A stretch of 63,823 nucleotides of DNA from Octopus bimaculoides (lineage: Eukaryota), in contig NC_068986.1 in NCBI RefSeq assembly GCF_001194135.2, positions 71,693,449 through 71,757,271 of the forward strand. The letters are read 5' to 3'. A program made the position numbers and the translations under genes. Within the stretch, counting starts at the first letter, position 1. Every line of letters starts with the position of its first letter. The notes under the pieces are model-generated. The model was not told the origin of the DNA. It saw only the letters and a program-made list of their open reading frames with translations, and searched no databases. Positions 54,601 through 63,823 of the stretch are shown in pieces.

Positions 54601-55319
54601 TATCATTATGATACCTAGTAAAGATTTCTTTCATTTACCTTGGTAAAACTTATTGCTTCTTATACTATTCGACAACGACTGCTTTATTGCACAAGAACTC
54701 AGACAAAAGGACTATAATATATTCAAAAACTAACGTATTTAGCTATTTAGCGCATTATTTTATTGTATGACGTATGTAGTAACATCTGTACCAAAGTGTA
54801 ATTAATAAAGGACGGAATTATCTTCATGACTTATTCCTTATTTTCTTCAGGTACTGTATGTATATACTGTAGACGCATGTGTATTCCGGTATTTACATAG
54901 TACACGAACATTTATTGTGATTTAAAACAGATGAGGTGTTTTACTTCAGCTTTTGTCGATATGACATTGTATCATAGCTTTATAACTCATAAAAGAATTC
55001 TAGAACGCGTAAGTACGGGCGACAATAAACAGTTCAACCAATTTAAATGCATCTGTAAAATTATATATGGCTTTAGCTACTAAAAACCATGACGGAAGCA
55101 ATAATGGTATATGGAAATCAATAAACGCCTGTTTTTATATTTGTTTTGCAAGAATTTTGATCAGAAATTGTGCATTGGAACTGATATTGTTATATTTTGA
55201 GAAAGTCATATTAAAGCCCTTAAACACATTTACTTTTGTGATCGAGTTATCTGGTTATATTCCCAGAACTTTTCTTTACCTTTTTTTCTATAACATTTAA
55301 AATGGCTTTACAGTCTTGC

Positions 55320-55930
55320 TTTTGATGCTATCAAAAAATGAGCATACTCGCATGTGCGTATGTAAGGTTGGCTTTAGTTAAGTATAATCCTACTGTATCC
55401 ATATCTTGTATTACTGTGGTGGTGTCGCAAGGGAATTGTGGGGATGCTGATACGCCACCAAAAACTTGCCACAAGTCCATCAATGATTCCTTCTAGTAGT
55501 GGGCTGTGGGACGGTCAAAATATCCTCCCTGTGTTCGCTACAATCTCTGGAATCGTAAAGTTGAATATTTTGGATGTGTATAGTTTTTCTGTATAACGCC
55601 GTGATAGAATATGGATATTTACTCCTTTTCCTTGCATTTCTAGCAGTTAGGTGTCAGAACAAAGTTTATAGTTGTTGTTGATGTATGCATAACCCTGTGA
55701 GTTATTCTTGTTGTTGCTGTTATGCTCTAATTTCCATCTAATTTGTGTTAAAGATTGTTTTTTTCAGTGTCAGGTAGACATTCAAAATTATTGACCTCCT
55801 TATTTACGGCATAATTTGGTGGCAATATAAGAACAGTTGCTTCTTCTGTGTTCTCTTGTATTGCACTGTATATCCAGGAAGTAGAAAACACACTGTGGAA
55901 AACATCTAGCAGATAGCAAACTTCATTCTT
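55320..55930 (-). pseudogene. Decayed R4/Dong-like RT C-terminal region
   Basis: Minus strand CCCACTACTAGAAGGAATCATTGATGGACTTG resembles the LYLPRKEGGRGL motif, within an R4-like context. Confidence 0.5.
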
Positions 55931-55989
55931 TGAAGCATCAAGCTGGCTTTGCCTTACCTATTTCAACACCTCAACAGAAAAAGAATGTT

Positions 55990-56640
55990 TTTAAATACCC
56001 AACTATAGCTAGAAGTTTTAAAAGGCAAGAAATAGATCCTTCTGCCGTATCGTCTCAAATCATCTTGTCCGCAAGAGTTCTGTTATATCCACAAATACAA
56101 AAACAAACACCTTGACAGCATATCAAATAAGGGTGGTTGATGAGGAATGTATCTTATATGTGTCCAGCCAGCAAAGTAGTCTCAGGATTTCGTTTATTGC
56201 ATGCAATCCTTGGATATAAACAAAGATAGTTGACTAAATCCGAAGGTTTGCAAACAGCGAGCGCTTTTAGAGAACCCAAGAAAAGTATGAAACTAAAATT
56301 TACATTGATACAAATAGAATGTGATTCCTGATAGATTCCGGTACAAGTTGAAGAGGAAAAAAAGACTATAGAGAGGAACGAATCTATACCTTGTGTTCTA
56401 ACAACAAATTCCAGTTATTGATATTTATCCATGCTATCTGTAACTAGAAATGAATTAGCCCATACATTTATAAAAGAACTACATGAAACAAAACTTAGAA
56501 ACGCAAACCAGGAGAAAGGAGAGGCAGATTCGTCAAGTCACTATTATGTCAACCAAGCCTACCATACAAAAATTGGCCCACAGTATATGTGAGAGATCAC
56601 AAATCACCAACAGGAACACAATGAAAAGGTGCAATATCTA
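55990..56640 (+). pseudogene. Decayed L1/Tx1-like RT fragment
   Basis: IARSFKRQ resembles I.RSVRQG; later KSEGLQ and WRGR-like motifs. Confidence 0.45.
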
Positions 56641-57059
56641 AACAGTCTATTTGCCTTATAGAAACACAATGATTCATTTAAAAGCTGAAGTAAGATTTCT
56701 TTCTCGGCAACAAAAACTCCCAAATGATGGCAGCCTACAGACACCGCAACGAATACACGAAGCAAGTTTGGGTCTCTTCGCGTTTATTAGAATGAATGAA
56801 CTGAGTCACAGCACCCTCTCAAACACCTCTACAGTAATACAATGTGAGGCAACAACACACAAGTGAGGCAACATTAAAAGCAAGCAAAATAACATAGTCA
56901 CAAGATTAAATTTAACGAAAACAACACATCTTCAGCTCACATATTTGCCAATCACATGAGACATAAAGGTATGGCATAAAATCAAAATTTGTCAGAGAAT
57001 TTAAACCTATCTAAAGCACCACAGCAAGAGTGTGAGAAACTGATATTGGTCTCATATTT

Positions 57060-57184
57060 TGACACAAGGCCAGCATTTTCGTTGGAGGGTTAAGCCGATT
57101 ACATTGACCCTAGTGTTCAGCTGATACTTATGTTAACGATTCTGAAAGGATGAAAGGTAAAGTCGACCTCGGCAGCTTTTGAGC

Positions 57185-57185
<1 letters not shown>
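57060..57185 (-). mobile_element. SINE body fragment (family of 708-936)
   Basis: GAAAGGATGAAAGGTAAAGTCGACCTCGGC matches 823-853. Confidence 0.8.
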
Positions 57186-57224
<39 letters not shown>

Positions 57225-57896
57225 TATATATATGTGGTGTGGGAATGCGTTATGTATATAAGGGTGTGCATGTGTGTATGAGTGTTTCTCCCTGAGAAAC
57301 AATACATACTCCAGTAAGCTCCAGTATCCATCAAGAGGAAAACTGACCTGTCTTATTATTATCCAGAGAAATACGTTCTGTTTTTGAACTTCAAGCCATC
57401 GGACGCTGATAAACCTGGAATACCATCTAGAATCCTGCTGGCTTAGGTACATTAGACAGATTACAGTTTACTATCACTCGGTAGCCATGCTTGTCAGGCA
57501 GTTATATATAAATTGACACTATCAAGGTGGCTACCTCACCGCGTGATCGATACTGAAATGTCACACCCTAAAAGGTTTCGACTAACTAACGCAAACATAT
57601 TCTCTACTTCTCTACTCTATCACTCGGAACAAACAAAGACAAAAATATTGTCGCTAAGATTGACCACCCTAGTTACCTGAGATAACAATCTGACACAAAC
57701 CGATGTGTGTATGTAAATTTGTATACAAATAATTTTCTCTCAGTCTTTTGGATTTCTCTTCAATGTCAATGGAGTAAAAAGAACAGGCTCATTTATTAGG
57801 CAGCAGCTATGGGGTAAACTAACTGTATGTGTGTATGTATGTATGTATGTATGTATGTATGTATGTATGTATGTATGTATGTATGTATGTATGTAT

Positions 57897-58290
57897 GGTC
57901 TCTTCTGTTTTTAATTATTTAAATTCTTCTTCTGGAGATGGAGCAGCTGGGCTCCAGCAAAGATACAAAACTCCATCGTTAGTATTAACGAAAACCATGT
58001 CACATTTTAAACTTCAGAAAACCCTTGCATATTTTTACTTTTCCACTTACAAATTGGATATGCAATGTACGTGTTATTCGGGTTCCGTTTGTGAAAATCC
58101 AAGCATATCCAGGCTATCAGATGGACACTTACTTACAAAATCAAGTGCATTATTTATATTGGTATATGAAACTTTGTAATCTGGATATAGAAGTTTGACA
58201 TTCGTTAACTCTATCCTGACAATTCTTTGTTTTACAACACTGAAGAATTACATCATCACTTTTCGAAAAACAATTAATAGTGTCTGGTTA
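57897..58290 (-). mobile_element. 3' end of an R4/Dong-clade LINE, second copy
   Basis: Minus strand aligns with 24569-24836 (GCACT.G.TTTTGT.AGTAA...GGATTTTCA.AAAC.GAA...AGTAAAAATATGCAAG...GATGGAG..TTGTATCTTT...AAATAATTAAAAA). The 5' boundary is uncertain. Confidence 0.75.
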
Positions 58291-58325
58291 TATTGTGAGT
58301 TTTCCCTTGTAAATCAATTTTTGTA

Positions 58326-59697
58326 AACCCATGGATAGATCAAAATCGCAATTGTAGCAGTCACGTGTCTAAGATAGGCTTCGTTTTATGCTAATATTAG
58401 TGTATGTATGTATGTATGTGTGTAGTATGTATGTATGTATGTATGCATGTGTGTATGTATGTGTATATGTATGTGTGTGTATGTGTGAGTATGCGTGTGT
58501 GTTTGTATGTATGAACCCATGGATAGATCAAAACTTCGTGTTGTTTATGAATATGAGTTCCGTCGTGGAACCAATGTATCCCAGACAGCGAATGAGCGCA
58601 CTGTACGCCTGGTGACTTTACTTTTTGTTGTGCCGACGCCCCAAGCGAAGACGTAGGACCTCCCAAGACATATAAATAGAGGTAGTCTAGCCGTTGATAG
58701 AGGAGTTGAGTGTAGCGATTGTGTAGCTGACGAGGAGCAGTTGAGTAGCAGTCAAGTAGAGATCATCCGAAGGTGCTAGAGACATAACACTCTTGAAAAT
58801 CAGACCCGTGGAAGACCTGAGACCATGGTGGATAATGATGAGTTAGAAACTGTAGTGGAACCGGATACATCTCAAACTACACGTGAGATAGTAGCAAGGT
58901 TCGATGTTTCGATTCCATCAGAAACAAATCGACAAGGTAAAGAAGCTGGACAAGTGGATACCACACAAAATGAAAGAGTATCAACTGACACGTCATCTTG
59001 AAACGCTGTTCTTTGCTGTTACGGCATAAAAGCAAACCATTTTTGCAAAATTTTGTTACGTGTGACGAAAAATGGATTCTTTTCAACAATAGCAAGCGTT
59101 CTTCACAGTGGCTGGATAGAGACGAAGTACCAAAATACAATCCAAAAAACAATATTCACCAAAAAGAAGTTAACGGTGTCTGTTTGGTGGTCCAGTGCTG
59201 GTATCATCCACTACAGTTTCATGAGACCTTGTAAGTCAATTACAGGGGATGTATGCATCAACCAATTGCATGAAATGATGAGTGGATTTACAACTAAGCA
59301 ACCGAGATTGGTCAATAGAGACAGGCCAATTTTCTTTCAAGATCACATGTTGCACAAAGAACGCTACTCAAGTTACAGGAACTGAACTTGGAAGTACTCT
59401 GTCATCCACCATATTCACCAGACCTTGCACCAACTGACTATTATGTTTGCCAGGCATTAGACAACTTTTTGCAAGGAAAAATTTCAAATCTGAAGATGTA
59501 AAAACAGCCTTTCGTGATTTCATCACCTCATGCTCTCCAGAATTCTTCACTGTCAGCATAAATAAGCTACCAATAAGATGGCAAAATTGTGTTAATAATT
59601 TAGGTTCGCGCTTTGATTAACTTCATTTTTTTTTTGTTGAGATAAAGTAAAATAAACTTTCAGTTCAAAATCGGACATTTCATTCTTAATGACCTGA
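58326..59697 (+). mobile_element. Mariner transposon (decayed; left TIR not seen; carries two insertions)
   Basis: MDRSKLRVVYEYEFRRGT, RGRPE, WIPH, VTCDEKWIL and HPPYSPDLAPTDY. Right end ...CGGACATTTCATTCTTAATGACCTGA followed by TA. Confidence 0.88.
58626..58789 (+). mobile_element. Probable solo LTR (164 bp) inserted in the mariner
   Basis: Termini TGTTGTG...CATAACA, 5-bp flanks CTTTT/CTCTT, internal TATAAATAG. It splits the transposase GDF.|LEN motif. Confidence 0.7.
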
Positions 59698-60023
59698 TAT
59701 ACATATATATATGGCTGTTCCCGTTCCTTGTAAATGAAATTCATTTGAGACATTCACGAGTAATCGAGTTAGATCCGAACGGATAAATTTAATGCAAATG
59801 TCCAGCGTTGTTAAATAGTTTCTCCCTGATTGTACACGAGCTCTTATACACATACAATTGCTTATCAAAATGTTCGATTACTTGCATGTAATCTCATGAA
59901 CACTTGAAAGATGCATTGATCAAACAACTGTAAGCGCATGGAAATTCTGACCGAATTGTATTTTAATACATATACATATTCAAACACGTACTCAATATAC
60001 ACATACATATATNNNNNNNNNNA

Positions 60024-60200
60024 GTCATTTGACTGCGGCCATGCTGGAGCACCGCCTTTAGTCGAACCAATCAACCTCAGGACTTATTTTTTGTAAGCCC
60101 AGTACTTATTCTATCAGGTCTTTTGCCGGGCCGCTAGTTACGGAAACATAAACACACCAGCATTAGTTGTCAAGCGATGGTGGGGTACAATCATACACCC
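60024..60200 (-). mobile_element. SINE 3' half (family of 61548)
   Basis: TGACTGCGGCCATGCTGGAGCACCGCCTTTAGTCG is the reverse complement of the 61900-61945 tail. Confidence 0.9.
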
Positions 60201-60239
60201 AAACATACATCCACACATAAATATACATATATGTATATA

Positions 60240-60410
60240 TATGGGAGAATATACAAAAAATAACAACAGACGAGGACAGGTGGTGTAAATAACAAAAGTA
60301 TATATTAGTATGACGCTCGGGAATACGGAAAGTCTTTGACGTTTCGAGCTACGCTCTTCAACAGAAAGAATACGGAGACAAGGAGAAAAACACGGAGAAA
60401 AAAAAATATA
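60240..60410 (-). mobile_element. PLE pLTR-like repeat carrying a hammerhead-like motif
   Basis: Contains the motif at 60333-60369 between pyrimidine-rich flanks (minus strand). No ORF is visible; a gap is adjacent. Confidence 0.5.
60333..60369 (-). ncRNA. Minimal type I hammerhead-like motif with variant core
   Basis: TCTTT-CTGTTGA-A-GAGC-GTA-GCTC-GAA-ACGT-C-AAAGA. All three stems pair, GUC triplet, core CUGUUGA (A6 replaced by U). Confidence 0.7.
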
Positions 60411-61356
60411 TATGTATATATANNNNNNNNNNNNNNNNNNNNNNNNNNNNNNNNNNNNNNNNNNNNNNNNNNNNNNNNNNNNNNNNNNNNNNNNNNNNNN
60501 NNNNNNNNNNNNNNNNNNNNNNNNNNNNNNNNNNNNNNNNNNNNNNNNNNNNNNNNNNNNNNNNNNNNNNNNNNNNNNNNNNNNNNNNNNNNNNNNNNNN
60601 NNNNNNNNNNNNNNNNNNNNNNNNNNNNNNNNNNNNNNNNNNNNNNNNNNNNNTAAATGAGTATATGCATATATACGTACAGGTGTGTGCATACCTACGT
60701 CTACCTGTATATATAGGTGCATATCTGGGTACAGGACATTGCAAACAAAACGTAGACAAGAATATTAATAACCAGAGTACAGAAAACACACAAGCCACAT
60801 AGAGAACATTTTCCTTCATCAGCTACCCCCGTTTTAACACCGGCGTTTCGAAGAGTTGGGCAGGACGCATAGTTAAAACGGCTCTTCCCATGGACCGCAA
60901 ATTAAATTTGTATACACAAATTAAACCTGTGCCATGGAGGAATGTAGTGGCGGACAAAAAACAAGACAGGAAAACAAACGGAAAAGGCCATGCGGCCAGA
61001 CGTAAAAAATTATATATATATATGTAATACATATTAAAAAAAATGTATATTGTGCATGAAAAAATATAGAAATACACAGAAAGACTGCAAAGACGCCCTC
61101 AGTTTCCTCAACAAGGTCAACTACTTACGTAATGTTTGAGTGTCTATGTAAAACAGACCAACGGATCTCAAAGTCATCCTCAGTGGCAACGTACTAAATA
61201 AAGCTGCATACATGCTTCTGCTCTTTTCAAAATCTTTGGTCTAATGCTTGTCGTAGGATGCACGACTTGAAGACAGGAACGATCTCTACATTTGATATCG
61301 TTGGCTCTTCTTTTCCGGAAACCTCTTCCTATGATATTACTACGTAATCCAGGATG

Positions 61357-61545
61357 ATTTCTGATTTAGGCACAAAGCCACTAATTTCTAAGCGATTCTA
61401 TGGATCCCAGTACTTGGCTAGTACCTCGTGTTCGATGAACCCAAAAGGAATTAAGGGCAAAGTTAAACACGCATTGGTCTGAATTAAGAAACTAAAGAGA
61501 CAGAAGAAATACCACAAGGCACTTTTGTCCGATGCTCTAAAGATT
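61357..61545 (-). mobile_element. Degenerate SINE (family of 708-936)
   Basis: TTTAGGCACAAAGCC...GGGCAAAGT...GAAATACCACAAGGCA.TTTTGTCCGATGCTCTAA. Confidence 0.7.
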
Positions 61546-61547
61546 CA

Positions 61548-61965
61548 CTATATGTGGTAAGAAGCTTGCTTCCCAATTACATGATTCCAGGTTCAGTCCC
61601 ATTGTGTGAAAACCTGGGTAAGTGTCTGCTACTTTAGCCTCGGACCGACCATAACCTTGTGAGTGGATTTGGTAGATGGAAACTGAAAGAGGCCGTCATA
61701 TATATGTGTGTGTGTATGTGTGTATGTGTGTGTGTGTGTGTCTGTGTGTGTGTGGGGTGTATGTTTGTGTATCTTTGTTTGTCCCCCACCATGGTTTGAC
61801 AACCGATGTTGTTGTGTTTACGTTCCCGTAACCCAGCGGTTCGGTAAAAGTGACCGATAGAATAAGTACTAGGCTTCCAAAGAATAAGTCCTGGGATAGA
61901 TTTGTTCGACTAAAGGCAGTGCTCCAGAATGGCAGCAGTCAATTGACTGAAACAAGTAAAAGAAT
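61548..61965 (+). mobile_element. tRNA-derived SINE with an internal (TG)n tract
   Basis: Head GTGGTAAGAAGCTTGCTTCCC...GGTTCAGTCCC, central TG repeat, tail ...GACTGAAACAAGTAAAAGAAT. Confidence 0.88.
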
Positions 61966-61973
61966 CGAAGAAT

Positions 61974-62004
<31 letters not shown>

Positions 62005-62043
62005 NNNNNNNNNNNNNNNNNNNNNNNNNNNNNNNNNNNNNNN

Positions 62044-63304
62044 CCTTTTTCAAAATTGAATGAAACTTTAAAGTATTTTAGAATGTCTAATGGAATTAAA
62101 CATTATTTTATGCATTTGTGTACATTTAAACTAATCAAATATTATTTTACAGAATAAAAGAATTAATATTTATTTGATTAAAACCCTTTCTAACATGGAA
62201 GTATGCAAAGAGCATTTGAGGCACATAATGCTTTATGAGTACAAAAGAAGGAAACTCTGCAGCCAAAGCGACTCGAAACATACGCTCAGTTTATGGGAAA
62301 GAATGCTTGAATGAAAGAACTTGCAGAAGATGGTTTGCAAAGTTCAGAAGTGGAGATTTCAGCCTTAAAGATGAAGACCGAACAGGACGTCCAGTTGAGT
62401 TTGATGATAAGCACTTTTGAGGCAATACTTGAAGAAAATCTTGCATTATGAGTTGAAAAATTGGCAATAAAGCTTAGTTCAAACCATACAACTGTTCATC
62501 GTCATCTTCAACAACTTGGAAATGTTCCTAAACTTGGAAAATAGGTGCCTAATGAATTGTCCTAAAGACCGCAAATCCCGAGTTGACATCTGCTCTTCTA
62601 TCCATTCTTGCGAACTCATTTCACCCTTTTTTGGATAGACTTGTGACTGATGAAGAAAAATGGATCTTCAATCGAAATGTTAAACGTCCTAAACAGTGGC
62701 TTGGTAAAAAGGAAAAAAGCTCAACCACAACCGAGACGGGAACTTCAAGGAAAAAAGTATCTTCTCTCTGTCTTGTGGGATTGCAAAGGAGTAATTCACT
62801 TTGAATTGTTACCATCTAATGCAACAATCAATGCTCAAGTCTACTGTCAGCAATTAGAGCGTTTGAACCAAGCTTTGAAGAAAAAAAGACCCTCTTTAGT
62901 AAATCGAAAGGGAGTGATGTTTCATCATCAGGATAATGTACGGCACCACACTGCAAAGATCGCATCACAGAAGATCGAAGACCTTGGCTGGGAAAAAAAT
63001 TCCTCATCCACCTTATTCTTCTGACCTTGCTCCTTCAGACTACCATTTGTTTCGTAGTTTACAGAATCATTCGGGGGACATAACTTTCGCAAGCCAGGAA
63101 GAGATCGAAACTGACATTTCAGAGTTCTTCGCTTTGAAACCAAAAGAGTTTTACATTGATGGGAATAAAAAGCTTGTAAATAGATGGAAGGAAGTCATAG
63201 ATAATCAGAGAACGGACATTGAGGATTAAATTACAATTAAATATGACATTTCATCACTTGATTTCTATATTCAAAATTCGGACAGAGCTTATGGGATAAC
63301 CTGA
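62044..63304 (+). mobile_element. Mariner transposon (left TIR in gap), frameshifted transposase 62195-63229
   Basis: MEVCKEHLRHIMLYE, NERTCRRWFAKFRSGDFSL...RTGRPVEFD, VTDEEKWI and HPPYSSDLAPSDYHLF. Right end GGACAGAGCTTATGGGATAACCTGA followed by TA. Confidence 0.92.
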
Positions 63305-63823
63305 TATATAAATAACACACACACACACACACACATATGCGCATATATGTCTATATGTGTATATGCATACATATATGTATATGTGTATATATATATACAT
63401 ATATATATATGTATATAAATATATATGTATATATACACACGCACATAAATGTGTGAACCTATTGGTAGCTCTTTATACAGTGTACATTAAATAGTATTTA
63501 TCTCACCGCTGGATGGAGTACTTTCTTAGCTCTATCTTAGTGGAACAGTAACACATATATGTGTGTGCGTGTGTGTGTTTGTGCGTGTGTTTATGCACAT
63601 GTTTATATTCCTATTGATATACATATTTTGTCCTATACCTAATCAAATGATACGTAATCGAAACAAAGTTCCTAATAGGACATGCAGACATACAGTGAGA
63701 TACTATTCATTAACAAGATTTCAGCATTATTACAATATCTATCATTCTATCTATCTATCTATCTGTTTATATATGTATATACATATATACGTATACAAGC
63801 ATATATATATATATATATATATA

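Overview
AT-rich, microsatellite-dense eukaryotic DNA. The SINE families and repeat make-up resemble coleoid cephalopod (Octopus-like) genomes; this is inference from pattern recognition, not a database match. I can support no host protein-coding gene. Nearly all ORF-track entries are microsatellite read-throughs, N-gap artefacts or decayed transposon frames. There are 11 assembly gaps: 2191-2509, 9971-10700, 17480-17908, 24956-25088, 26221-27026, 33495-33875, 37553-37882, 54083-54538, 60013-60022, 60423-60653 and 62005-62043. The window is a transposon graveyard: three mariner copies, Penelope-like elements (PLEs) of Poseidon, Naiad and Neptune type, L1/Tx1, RTE, CR1 and R4/Dong LINE fragments, many tRNA-derived SINEs, two MITEs and a probable solo LTR. 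Best lead: a 1485-bp insertion (41929-43413) bounded by a perfect 15-bp target-site duplication. In it a PLE RT/GIY-YIG fragment is flanked by inverted copies of a unit made of a tRNA-like Pol III promoter, an (AAT)n tract and a minimal hammerhead ribozyme (HHR). Further HHR motifs from other PLE families occur at 21020, 41001 and 60333.
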